DNA of 64,000 bases. It comes from a virus (taxonomy: Duplodnaviria > Heunggongvirae > Uroviricota > Caudoviricetes). Of the stretch, positions 19,796 through 29,390 are shown one piece after another (position 1 is the first letter of the stretch; each line of letters opens with the position of its first letter). The notes below the pieces were generated by a model. The model worked only from the letters and a program-made list of their open reading frames with translations, ran no database searches and was not told the origin of the DNA. The stretch covers positions 16,073-80,072 of IMG/VR virus record IMGVR_UViG_3300032308_002078. One strand, given 5' to 3'. Made by a program: the position numbers and the translations under genes.

Positions 19796-22057
19796 ATGTC
19801 TAGGCCTATAGCATATAATGCTTCAGGTCCTTTGTCTGGTAGTATTAGAGGAGGATCTGTTAATTACACTGTAGACAGTGGTAATAGGGACTATACTACC
19901 TTTGCCTCTAAAAAATGGGTACCTTCGGCAGACGGAGTTGCCCCAATTGTATTTGTAACAGATTCATATACTCAAGGGTTTGAAGGTAATCCTAATCTAG
20001 CAGTACCATTGTTTTATTCTTGTAATGGAACAGGTTCGGCAGCTATTATCTATACCGCAAACCGCATACCTGGTTCACCAGGTAATTACAGTGATGCAAA
20101 TGTTGCATTAAATGATTTAATAACTGCTAGAGGTTATTTTATTTTAGAATCAAATGATCCATTTGAGGGAGTAGATGCTGATAGTTTATTATTAGATGTT
20201 GATGCCTCTAAAATGTCTTCTTATCCTCAAGTAGGTACTAACTGGATTGATTTGAGTGGTAATGGAAATACAGGAGCTTTACAAAATGGGGTATTATTTA
20301 GTTCAAGTGGATGGTTTAATTTTGATGGAACTAATGATCAAGTAGCTACTTCTGTTACTAGAGGAACTCTAGGAGATAGTACTAGTGTTGAAGCTACTTT
20401 CCAATATCAAGGAAATAGTGGAGATGCTTATCGCCCTATTATTGGAGGTAATGACCCTGGAGCAGGTACTGAATTCTTTTTAGGTAAAAATTTTGGTAAT
20501 ACTTATTTTGGTGTTCAAGATGGAAATTATGATGGGGGTTTTGTAACAGGATATAATGTGTTCGATGGTAGATGGCACCATATGGTTTACACATATAATA
20601 ATAATACTGGAAAGATTTATTTAGATGGTACTTTAAGAAATACTGGTACTTTTTCTAAATGTAATATTGGGGAACAAATTTATATTGGAGCTGAAGTACA
20701 AGAAGGATACTGGTGGAAAGGAAATATATCTCAGGCAAAATATTACACACAAACATTAACTGAAACTCAAGTCAAACAAAACTACTTCGGTTCACCAATA
20801 GTCACAGACGGTCTAGTATTTGCTGTTGATGCTAATAATATAGTATCATATCCTAAATCAGGAACATCAGTATATAATTTAACAGGTAGTGCAACTACAG
20901 GAACATTAACAAACGGAACATCATTTAATATATCAAATGGTGGTTCTTTTATGTTTGATGGTACTAATGATTATATTGTATTTCCTGACGACACTAATTT
21001 AGATAGTCAAGCTATCACAATGGAAAGTTGGAGTAATATAAGTACACTTTTCCAAAATGGATTTTTATTTGAAAAAGGAAATGTAAACACTCAATACAGT
21101 AATTTTTTTAATAGTGACGGTACTTTTTACTTTAGAACAATGGGTTTAAGTGCCCAAGATTTAACATTCTATTGCCCTAGTTACATAAGTCCTAATACTT
21201 GGAATCATATTGTTTGCACATATGGAGCAGGAATTAAAACAATTTACATAAATGGTATTCAAATAGCTCAACAAACTGGATTAACTGGTATTATTCCTAC
21301 AAATCCAGCTGGTTTGTTTTTAGGAGCTTATGGACCTGGTTCAAGTTATTTCTTAAATGGTAAAATAGCTAATTCTAGAGTATACAACAAAGCACTTACA
21401 GCTGCCGAAGTCCTCCAAAACTACCAAGCCGAACAATACAGATTCAAAACATTCCCTGGTATTCCAACAAACGGATTAATACTCCATCTAGATGCTAATA
21501 ATAAACAATCTTACCCAGGTACAGGTACAGTGTGGTACGATATTTCAGGACAAGGGGCTAATGCTGATTTAGTTAATGGTGTTGCTTATAACTCAGCAGG
21601 ATACTTCTTCTTTGATGGAACAGACGATATAGCAAACTCTATTAACATATCTCAAGAATATAGAGATTTAGTTATAGGAATATGGAGTGAAAGCAATGGT
21701 GGTCTAGAAATGGTATTCTCACTTTATGGAGGATCAGATGCTTCTTTTAGATTAAATGCCAATAATATATTTAGTGCTAATAATAGTGATGACTGGCAAT
21801 TTGGATCTAATAATTTAGTATTTGTTGATGGAGTATATACTCCTGATGCTAATTTAGCTAGTCAATTCCATTTTGTAAGAACTTATAGATCAAATAATGT
21901 AGATTTTGGAACTTCATTTAGATATAGCTTATCATCTACATTCTTAAGTAGATATTTTAAAGGTAAAATAGCATTTGTCTTAGCTTATAATAGACAATTA
22001 TCAGATGCTGAGGTTAGAGGATTATATTATTATTATAAAGACAGATTTCCATTCTAA
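19796..22057 (+). CDS. tail fibre paralogue with multiple LamG-like domains
   Basis: N-terminus MSRPIAYNASGPLSGSI..VNYTVD is paralogous to ORFs 15352 and 22057; three FDGTND/YN(K/R)ALTAAEVLQNY modules. Confidence 0.55.
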   Translation: MSRPIAYNASGPLSGSIRGGSVNYTVDSGNRDYTTFASKKWVPSADGVAPIVFVTDSYTQGFEGNPNLAVPLFYSCNGTGSAAIIYTANRIPGSPGNYSDANVALNDLITARGYFILESNDPFEGVDADSLLLDVDASKMSSYPQVGTNWIDLSGNGNTGALQNGVLFSSSGWFNFDGTNDQVATSVTRGTLGDSTSVEATFQYQGNSGDAYRPIIGGNDPGAGTEFFLGKNFGNTYFGVQDGNYDGGFVTGYNVFDGRWHHMVYTYNNNTGKIYLDGTLRNTGTFSKCNIGEQIYIGAEVQEGYWWKGNISQAKYYTQTLTETQVKQNYFGSPIVTDGLVFAVDANNIVSYPKSGTSVYNLTGSATTGTLTNGTSFNISNGGSFMFDGTNDYIVFPDDTNLDSQAITMESWSNISTLFQNGFLFEKGNVNTQYSNFFNSDGTFYFRTMGLSAQDLTFYCPSYISPNTWNHIVCTYGAGIKTIYINGIQIAQQTGLTGIIPTNPAGLFLGAYGPGSSYFLNGKIANSRVYNKALTAAEVLQNYQAEQYRFKTFPGIPTNGLILHLDANNKQSYPGTGTVWYDISGQGANADLVNGVAYNSAGYFFFDGTDDIANSINISQEYRDLVIGIWSESNGGLEMVFSLYGGSDASFRLNANNIFSANNSDDWQFGSNNLVFVDGVYTPDANLASQFHFVRTYRSNNVDFGTSFRYSLSSTFLSRYFKGKIAFVLAYNRQLSDAEVRGLYYYYKDRFPF

Positions 22058-24384
22058 TGCCACAACCAGTATCATATAACCCCGGAACACCAGTATCAGG
22101 TAGCATACAAGAAAATAGTATCTCATATGTTGTTGATGGTCAAAACCGTAACTACAGAGGTGGTTTCGGAGGACTATCTTGGATGAGTGAAGTACCGGCA
22201 GCCAACAATGTTATTTTTATAGGTAACTCTGTTAGTTTAGGTAGAGGACCAGCTAATATACCTTTATTTTATCCCTCATATAATAACAGTGCGGCCAATA
22301 TTATTTATGCCGCTAATACATTACCGGGTTCACCTAGAAACTTTACTACAACAGGTAGTGCTTATAATTGGGCGGCAACAAATAATTTCTTTATTAATAA
22401 CTCAGATAACCCTATTCCTAGGATTGATGCTGATGGGTTAGTATTATATTTAAATGCTTCCCTCCCAACTTCATACCCACAAACAGGAACAACATGGTAT
22501 GATTTATCAGGATATGGGAATAATGCTACTTTATATAATGGATTAAATTCAAACTGGAATTCAAATGGGTGGTTTTCATTTGATGGGGTAGATGACAATG
22601 CCGCTATAAATTATGATTCTACTAGTATGGCTGCTTGGACTGGAAGTCAAACTATTATATTTTGGGAATATCATACCTTTAATGATGGAAGTAGAAGAAA
22701 TTTATGGAATCAAGCATACGGTGGGGCGGGAACATGGACACATGAACAAGGATATAACATAAATTACTTCTATGGAAACTCAGGAACAGACAATAGTCCA
22801 TATACAGCATTAACCTCAGATCCAACTCCTTTAGGTAGATGGAATATGTTAACTACAACTAGAGATCCAAGTCAAGTAAAATGGTATATAAATAATATTA
22901 ATACAAATAATCAATCAAATCCATTTGGTGTACTTACTCTTACAACAGCTGGTATAACTATAGGAAATGGTTATACAGGAGTACCTTGGGTTGGTAATAT
23001 AGGAGCTATAGCAGCTTATAATAAAGCTTTAACTCAAGCTGAAATAAATCAAGTATATTTCCAAGGTAATATTGTTACAGGTAGTTTAGTATTCATGGTA
23101 GATGCTAATAATTTAGTATCATATCCTAAATCAGGAACAACATGGTATAATTTAACAGGTAGTTCAGGAAATGCTCTATTTTATAATGGACCTACTTATT
23201 TACCCCAATACGGAGGAGGTATTAATAGAGACAATACTGATGATTTTATATCAGCTAGTATCAGTGTTTCTACTACTACAAACTATAGTGTAGAAACTTG
23301 GTTTAAAGCAAATCCACTAACTGGAGCTAACTATAATGCTTTAATTAGTGCTTGGAACGCACCCGGTGGTGGAGCAGGGTCATGGGAATGGCAGTTTTAC
23401 AATGGTGTATTAGGAGTTCATCCAAACTACACAGTAGCTTATACTCCCAATACAATAGCTCATGCTGTTTATACTCAAAATGGAACAGAAACAAAAATTT
23501 ATTTAAATGGGATACTACAACAAACAAGTACTACTTCTGGTGTTGATTTAAGAAATGGAAGTATAGGAATTGGTAATTTAAGTGCTCCTGGGTATGGTGG
23601 ATATAATTTAGAAAGCACATTCTATAATGTTAGATTATATAATAAAACATTAACCTCAGATGAAGTCCAACAAAACTATCAAGCAACTAAAGATAAATTC
23701 CTAGGTCAAAATATAGTAACAAATGGATTAACACTTTATTTAGATTCTGCTAATAAAGATTCATATCCCGGAACAGGAACAACATGGTATGATTTAAGTG
23801 GGAATGGATATAATGGAACATTAATAAATGGACCTTCATTTTTATCTAACCAAAATGGAGGCATCTTAGACTTTGATGGAGTTGATGATTATACTTCTTT
23901 AGGGTCTTCAGCTGCTTCTTTAATACAAGGAAAAACAGCAGTCACTATAGGTATTTTCTTTAAATTAGATGTTTTAGATACTTTAAGAGGATTAATAGGT
24001 ACTTTAAATTATTTTTGTGGTGGAAATTTAGGATTGGTAGCTAGGGGCGATGTTTTAACCTTTTATAACGATACAGGGATTTGCTATGATGTAGGTATTT
24101 CAAGTTTTGTAGAAACAGGAAAATGGATATATGCTGTAGGAACATATGATGGAACTACTACTAGAATATATGGAATTAAAGATGGAACTTTATCCCAAAG
24201 TAGTGGAACAAGTAAAAGCGGAGCTACAAATACTTTCACCTCAGATTTTATAGTTATAGGAAACCAATACCCCTATTATTTTACAAATGGACAATGTGGT
24301 ACAGCCTTTGTTTATAACAGAGTATTAAGTCAAGCAGAAATCCTTCAAAACTACAACGCTCAAAAAACAAGATTTGGCCTTTAA
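22057..24384 (+). CDS. tail fibre paralogue with multiple LamG-like domains
   Basis: N-terminus MPQPVSYNPGTPVSGSIQ..ISYVVD; repeated SYP.TGTTWYDLSG..NG.L.NG and LSQAEILQNYNAQKTRFGL modules. Confidence 0.55.
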   Translation: MPQPVSYNPGTPVSGSIQENSISYVVDGQNRNYRGGFGGLSWMSEVPAANNVIFIGNSVSLGRGPANIPLFYPSYNNSAANIIYAANTLPGSPRNFTTTGSAYNWAATNNFFINNSDNPIPRIDADGLVLYLNASLPTSYPQTGTTWYDLSGYGNNATLYNGLNSNWNSNGWFSFDGVDDNAAINYDSTSMAAWTGSQTIIFWEYHTFNDGSRRNLWNQAYGGAGTWTHEQGYNINYFYGNSGTDNSPYTALTSDPTPLGRWNMLTTTRDPSQVKWYINNINTNNQSNPFGVLTLTTAGITIGNGYTGVPWVGNIGAIAAYNKALTQAEINQVYFQGNIVTGSLVFMVDANNLVSYPKSGTTWYNLTGSSGNALFYNGPTYLPQYGGGINRDNTDDFISASISVSTTTNYSVETWFKANPLTGANYNALISAWNAPGGGAGSWEWQFYNGVLGVHPNYTVAYTPNTIAHAVYTQNGTETKIYLNGILQQTSTTSGVDLRNGSIGIGNLSAPGYGGYNLESTFYNVRLYNKTLTSDEVQQNYQATKDKFLGQNIVTNGLTLYLDSANKDSYPGTGTTWYDLSGNGYNGTLINGPSFLSNQNGGILDFDGVDDYTSLGSSAASLIQGKTAVTIGIFFKLDVLDTLRGLIGTLNYFCGGNLGLVARGDVLTFYNDTGICYDVGISSFVETGKWIYAVGTYDGTTTRIYGIKDGTLSQSSGTSKSGATNTFTSDFIVIGNQYPYYFTNGQCGTAFVYNRVLSQAEILQNYNAQKTRFGL

Positions 24385-24433
24385 TTTGGCTTCATAAAAC
24401 ATCATTAGTATATTACATTATCATTAAATTTCA

Positions 24434-24637
24434 ATGATATTTATACTCATGACTAACGAAGAGCTAATAGAAGAATTATACCACAAGGCTCATGTAAAGG
24501 GTTTCTTTCATGAGTTACATGAAAAAGTAAATGAATTAACTCAAAATAATAAATACAAATGTAAACATGATTTAGTTCGAACAGCATATAATGAGCTTAA
24601 AAAAATTAAGCTTGCTCAACCTACCCCAACAACCTAA
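24434..24637 (+). CDS. hypothetical protein
   Basis: 67 aa. Confidence 0.3.
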   Translation: MIFILMTNEELIEELYHKAHVKGFFHELHEKVNELTQNNKYKCKHDLVRTAYNELKKIKLAQPTPTT

Positions 24638-24649
24638 TCTGTATATACA

Positions 24650-24688
24650 AAAGTTGTAAACATAAGTTATAAACACAAGTTATAAACA
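24650..24688. repeat. three tandem 13-bp direct repeats AAGTT(G/A)TAAACA(T/C)
   Basis: aagttgtaaacat aagttataaacac aagttataaacat directly upstream of the SGNH hydrolase gene. Confidence 0.6.
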
Positions 24689-24708
24689 TAAAACCATAAG
24701 TTTTTATC

Positions 24709-25443
24709 ATGAAACAAAACATCATCAAAAGTAATCAATTAATATTGATTAATTGCTTCAAAGCAATACTACTATTCATATTAGTAGCTATTTTAGGATT
24801 TCTCACAAGTTGGGTGTTATGGAGTAAAACACCAAAACTAGCACCAACCAATGACCCATTACACCCAATTGGACCGTATATTAAAACAGTAGTTGTTGAT
24901 ACGGTAAATGATATTAGAGGCAAACGAGCATTGTTTATAGGCGACTCACATACGGCTAATCACGGCTATGGTTGGCAGGTACAACTATGTCAAGCAACAG
25001 GTTTAATACAAAACAATATTTCAGTTGGAGGCAAAACAACAAGTTGGATGCTTCAACAAGCCCAAATGTATGTAACTTCAAACTATGACTATTGTTTTAT
25101 ATACGGAGGTGCTAATGACATGTATAATAGCCATATAAGTGCTGGAATGGCGTTTAATAACATTCAATACATGGTTAACATATGTAAGTACAAAGGTGTT
25201 AAACCAATTGTATTAACTGGATTTGATTATTCAGTTTGTACTAGGACTGAAAATAAAGCATATCCAGGTAAAGGGGCTGAGTTACAAAGGATGTTACTAG
25301 GGCAGCTTCAGAATGCAACAGTGGTGGATACGAGAGTAGTCTATCGTAGCGATTGTGGTGATGCTTTATGCCATATGAATTATTCAGGGCATCAGAAGAT
25401 GGCACAAGCTGTAATTAGGGCTTGTAAGTTTAGGAAGTATTAA
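24709..25443 (+). CDS. SGNH/GDSL-family hydrolase (esterase), membrane anchored
   Basis: N-terminal TM; block I LFIGDSHTANHGYGW; later YGGANDMYN; probable catalytic His near C-terminus. Confidence 0.6.
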   Translation: MKQNIIKSNQLILINCFKAILLFILVAILGFLTSWVLWSKTPKLAPTNDPLHPIGPYIKTVVVDTVNDIRGKRALFIGDSHTANHGYGWQVQLCQATGLIQNNISVGGKTTSWMLQQAQMYVTSNYDYCFIYGGANDMYNSHISAGMAFNNIQYMVNICKYKGVKPIVLTGFDYSVCTRTENKAYPGKGAELQRMLLGQLQNATVVDTRVVYRSDCGDALCHMNYSGHQKMAQAVIRACKFRKY

Positions 25444-25570
25444 TTATATTTAGGTAATGTGGTTGCAAAAGAATAAGAAAAAATGAAAATTAATCCTTGG
25501 AGCATTATTTTGATTTTAACTTTCAGTATTATAGTATCAACAACAAATAAAATAATAAAAAATAAAGAAT

Positions 25571-26416
25571 ATGAAAAAACTACTAATGACTCTAGTGCTT
25601 ACTTTGATGACAGCACTATCTTTATCCGCGAAATGTGATTGGAGCACACTTAAACTTCAACAATGGAATGAACGTAACTACTATAAGTGGTATGTAAGTG
25701 GGAAAGTATTAGATGATACTTGTGTAGATTGGATGTTTATGGTTTATGATTTTCAAACCAAAAAGACTGATACTGTTAGAGATAACAGAGGGTTGGTAGA
25801 AGTTCAATTTAACGTTAAGGGTAAGTATAAAATGTATTTGAAGGTTTGGAACAAATGTGAGAAGTGTGACACAGCCCTTTACCGGCCTTTAGAAATTATA
25901 CAATTCCCAGGTGCTAAAGTATCTAGTGTAGTAAAGACAGTAGATTGTAAAAAATATACATTTGAAATGAGCTACATTAAAGGATATCCTTTGAAAGATA
26001 CTTGTATGAGCTACTACTTAATGTTCTATTCAGGCCCTTGGATGGCTAAAATGAGTCAAGGTGAATGGGATTCACTCAGTGATTATCAAATTGGAATGGA
26101 GTATGATTTCCCAGATGCTGATTTCTTAGGGTATACTGAAACACGAACTGCTGATTATATCTTTAAAGATACAGGCCGTGTATTAGTGATTGCTCAATGG
26201 TGGAACAAATGTCTTAGACAAGATACGTTTATGTTTAGAAAGCTAGATGTTTGTAAACGTTCTAATGTTTCTAATGTAGTTACATTTAATCGCCCCGAAC
26301 CAAAATTGGTTGCAATGTATGATATTATGGGTCGTCCAGTCCAATATGTTCGTGAAAATGAAATTACTATTTATTTGTATAGTGATGGTTCAACACGAAA
26401 AATAATTAAAAAATAA
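25571..26416 (+). CDS. secreted cysteine-rich protein
   Basis: Signal peptide MKKLLMTLVLTLMTALSLSA; multiple Cys. Confidence 0.4.
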   Translation: MKKLLMTLVLTLMTALSLSAKCDWSTLKLQQWNERNYYKWYVSGKVLDDTCVDWMFMVYDFQTKKTDTVRDNRGLVEVQFNVKGKYKMYLKVWNKCEKCDTALYRPLEIIQFPGAKVSSVVKTVDCKKYTFEMSYIKGYPLKDTCMSYYLMFYSGPWMAKMSQGEWDSLSDYQIGMEYDFPDADFLGYTETRTADYIFKDTGRVLVIAQWWNKCLRQDTFMFRKLDVCKRSNVSNVVTFNRPEPKLVAMYDIMGRPVQYVRENEITIYLYSDGSTRKIIKK

Positions 26417-26436
26417 TTTAAAAATATTTTACAATA

Positions 26437-26462
26437 GGGTTGGCTTTCGCCAACCTTTTTGT
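26437..26462 (+). terminator. rho-independent terminator
   Basis: GGGTTGGC tttc GCCAACC hairpin followed by T-run, then promoter motif. Confidence 0.55.
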
Positions 26463-26486
26463 TATATTAACTGTATAATAAAAGTT

Positions 26487-26909
26487 ATGAAAAAAATAGA
26501 ATACACTAATCGTTACAATGATGTTTTTACATTTAGTAAAACAGAAGATGGTAACATTTTGTTTGAAGGAGAGTTTAAATGGATGCGTTGTGGTTGGCCT
26601 AATGTTTATGATAATGCTTATGAAGCTTATTGTGCTGATGTTGATAGTGATGAGAGAATGACAATGGGTGAATTTAAGAAAGCCGTTCATGAATATGATC
26701 CTGAAACATTTAAATCAACTCCATTATCTAAACAATACGCTAAGTTAGTTTATTCAGACCAAAGTAGAATTGATATGATAGACGCCAGTGGCGGTCCATA
26801 TTTACATAGTGGTTATGATATGGGAATGTTTGATAAATCATTTAAAGGAATGATTGTTAAAGAATTTAAACCAGTTCCAGAAGGATATTTAATTATTATT
26901 GAAAAATAA
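26487..26909 (+). CDS. hypothetical protein
   Basis: 140 aa. Confidence 0.35.
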   Translation: MKKIEYTNRYNDVFTFSKTEDGNILFEGEFKWMRCGWPNVYDNAYEAYCADVDSDERMTMGEFKKAVHEYDPETFKSTPLSKQYAKLVYSDQSRIDMIDASGGPYLHSGYDMGMFDKSFKGMIVKEFKPVPEGYLIIIEK

Positions 26910-26912
26910 GTT

Positions 26913-27269
26913 ATGGAAAATACATTTATCTACAATTTAAGCGAGACCGAGTATTTGGTATTTAAATCACAACGTGATTGCTTTGAGTTATTCAGTGGAC
27001 ATGAAGGTTCAGAAACAAACAGTAAACTAGCTACTTATAAAGGAGGTAGATGGATATTTAATGATTATAATCAGAAAAAATTATTCTGGTTTTTGTTTAG
27101 TATTTATAAAAAGGATTTTGGTAAGGCGCTTAAACAATATATTCGCTCACAACAAGATAAACCTAAAACATATATGATTACTTGTGCTAAACGTAGGGTT
27201 GATATTAAAATTACAAAAATAAAACGTAATATGTGGGATTGGTTTTATGGAACATTTTATGGCAAATAA
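26913..27269 (+). CDS. hypothetical protein
   Basis: 118 aa. Confidence 0.35.
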   Translation: MENTFIYNLSETEYLVFKSQRDCFELFSGHEGSETNSKLATYKGGRWIFNDYNQKKLFWFLFSIYKKDFGKALKQYIRSQQDKPKTYMITCAKRRVDIKITKIKRNMWDWFYGTFYGK

Positions 27270-27360
27270 TAGATTAGACGAACAGTATCAAAGATTGCTT
27301 CAAGACATTATTGATTTTGGAGTTGATAAGAAAGATAGGACAGGGACTGGTTTCCTTTAA
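27259..27360 (+). pseudogene. thyA: vestigial 5' fragment of a thymidylate synthase gene (33 codons)
   Basis: Translates MANNRLDEQYQRLLQDIIDFGVDKKDRTGTGFL*, the canonical ThyA N-terminus including the DRTGTG motif; stops after 33 aa; lies upstream of the GIY-YIG gene and the intact thyA. Confidence 0.5.
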
Positions 27361-27407
27361 CAACTACTAAAAAAACTAGGCCTTCTGTATATTTATAATA
27401 AAATATT

Positions 27408-28082
27408 ATGAGTATAGGAATATATAAAATAACAAATCCAAAAGGACAAATATATGTTGGACAGTCTATTAATATTGAAAGAAGATTTAAAGAATATAAA
27501 AGATTAGCTAAACGTGCTGCTGGAAGAAAAATTTTAAATTCATTAAAAGGGTTTGGGGTTAAAAATCATGTTTTTGAAATTATTGAAGAATGTTTAATAG
27601 AACAATTACATGAAAAAGAATATTATTGGAAAAAATATTATACATCAGTAGAAAATGGTTTAAATTGTGATTATTTTGATAATAGTGGAGGACCTAGAAG
27701 TGAAGAAACAAAACGTAAAATTTCTGAAGGAGCTAAAGGTAAAAAACGGTCTGAAGAAACAAAACAAAAACTTAAAAAACCTAAAACAGAAGAACATAAA
27801 CAAAATATAAGTAAATCAAAACAAAATATATCTGAAGAAACAAAACGTAAAATTTCTGAGGGTAAAAAAGGAAAAACACCTAATAGGGATTATAAAGAAT
27901 GGGCTAAAACAAGAACAAATCCTATTCTTCAATATGATTTAGATGGAAATTTTATTAAAGAATGGGAAGGAACAAAAGCTGCAGCTTTATATTTAGGTTG
28001 TGATCCTACTACTATAACAGCAAATTTAAGAGGAATAACAAAAAAAGGATACGGTTTTATATGGAAAAGAAAAACAATTTAG
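27408..28082 (+). CDS. GIY-YIG homing endonuclease adjacent to thyA
   Basis: GIYKITNPKGQIYVGQSINIERRFKEYKR; NUMOD3 repeats SEETKRKISEGKKGK; C-terminal ILQYDLDGNFIKEW...GYGFIWK. Confidence 0.7.
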   Translation: MSIGIYKITNPKGQIYVGQSINIERRFKEYKRLAKRAAGRKILNSLKGFGVKNHVFEIIEECLIEQLHEKEYYWKKYYTSVENGLNCDYFDNSGGPRSEETKRKISEGAKGKKRSEETKQKLKKPKTEEHKQNISKSKQNISEETKRKISEGKKGKTPNRDYKEWAKTRTNPILQYDLDGNFIKEWEGTKAAALYLGCDPTTITANLRGITKKGYGFIWKRKTI

Positions 28083-29140
28083 ATCCACAATATAATAATT
28101 TATTGAAGGATATTTTAGAAAATGGAATTAAAAAACAAACCAGAAATGGAGAAGTAATTTCAGTATTTGGAAGACAAATTCGACATAATATGTCAGATGG
28201 GTTCCCTCTTTTAACAGGGAAAAAGATGTTTTTTAAAGGTATTGTAACTGAATTACTATGGTTCTTACGTGGTGATACAAACATTAAGTTCCTTGTTGAT
28301 AATGGTTGTCATATTTGGGATGGTGATGCTTATAAGAGATATGTTAATAGTCCTGAAGTGAAGATTCCATATAGTAAAGAAGATTTTATCAATAAAATTA
28401 AAACAGATAAAGAGTGGGAAGATAAGTGGGGTGATTTAGGACCAATTTATGGTAAACAATGGAGAAATTGGAATGGAGATAATTTTATTTATGGTGACTT
28501 TAAAAATGGTATAGACCAAATCCAAAATCTAATCAACGACCTTAAAACAAATCCAGACTCAAGACGATTGATGGTTAATGCTTGGAATGTAGGTGAATTA
28601 AATCAAACGGTTCTTCCACCTTGTCATTACAGCTGGCAAATGTATACAAGAGAGTTGAGTAGAGAAGAAAGAATAGAAAACTATAACTCTAAATTTGAAA
28701 ATAAAATAGAAGTACCGTTTATAAAATTAAACTTGGGAGATGCAATAGAAAATACTATCGATATGACTCTAAGTCAAGTTAACATACCAACACGAGCAAT
28801 CTCTTTAATGTGGAATCAACGTTCGGTTGATGTATTCCTAGGTTTGCCGTTTAATATCGCTTCATACGGTCTATTACTTGAGATGATTGCACGTGAAGTA
28901 AATATGGTGCCTGAATATTTAATCGGTCATTTAGGCGACACACATTTGTATTCAAACCATATTGAACAAGCTAAAGAACAAATTAGCAGAACACCTAAAA
29001 AATTACCTACATTAAAAATGAGTTCGGGTCATAATTTTAGAGCAGCAATGGATGGTAAAGTAGATGAAATTGACTTGAATGATTTTATATTACTTGGATA
29101 TGAACCACACCCAACAATTAAAGCCCCTTTATCAAATTAA
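28061..29140 (+). CDS. thyA: thymidylate synthase (ThyA) with about 50-aa internal insertion
   Basis: Conserved ThyA blocks RNGEV...FG.Q.R, GFPLLTGKK, ELLWFLRGDTN, DLGPIYGKQWRNW, R.LMVNAWN, LPPCH (catalytic Cys), DVFLGLPFNIASYGLL, GDTHLYSNH, GYEPHP.IKAP; insertion after the PCH block as in some phage and Firmicutes ThyA. Confidence 0.85.
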   Translation: MEKKNNLDPQYNNLLKDILENGIKKQTRNGEVISVFGRQIRHNMSDGFPLLTGKKMFFKGIVTELLWFLRGDTNIKFLVDNGCHIWDGDAYKRYVNSPEVKIPYSKEDFINKIKTDKEWEDKWGDLGPIYGKQWRNWNGDNFIYGDFKNGIDQIQNLINDLKTNPDSRRLMVNAWNVGELNQTVLPPCHYSWQMYTRELSREERIENYNSKFENKIEVPFIKLNLGDAIENTIDMTLSQVNIPTRAISLMWNQRSVDVFLGLPFNIASYGLLLEMIAREVNMVPEYLIGHLGDTHLYSNHIEQAKEQISRTPKKLPTLKMSSGHNFRAAMDGKVDEIDLNDFILLGYEPHPTIKAPLSN

Positions 29141-29142
29141 CT

Positions 29143-29376
29143 ATGAATTATACTAATGTTGCTATGATTGAAGAGTATGCTAAACCAATTGTTGCCTCAT
29201 GTGATTGGGATGCATTACTTGACTTAATAGATGATTATTTTGGTCCTGAAAGTAAACGATTAGGATGGTATGTTAGTAATGCTAAGTACCCTGATACTTA
29301 TGTTGGTTACTTTGAGTATAGAGATAGTTATGGTGATGTTGTTGAAGTAAAAATTTACGAGGTAGATTTTAAATAA
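29143..29376 (+). CDS. hypothetical protein
   Basis: 77 aa. Confidence 0.3.
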   Translation: MNYTNVAMIEEYAKPIVASCDWDALLDLIDDYFGPESKRLGWYVSNAKYPDTYVGYFEYRDSYGDVVEVKIYEVDFK

Positions 29377-29390
29377 TAATATTTATCGCT

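Noticed and set aside
27259-28082. Group I intron interrupting thyA (T4 td-like)
   Set aside because: The downstream thyA ORF encodes a complete N-terminus of its own. The upstream fragment ends in a stop. There is a class 2 promoter before the endonuclease and no obvious P1-P9 intron core between them. A free-standing endonuclease with a target-gene remnant fits better. Splicing was not formally excluded.
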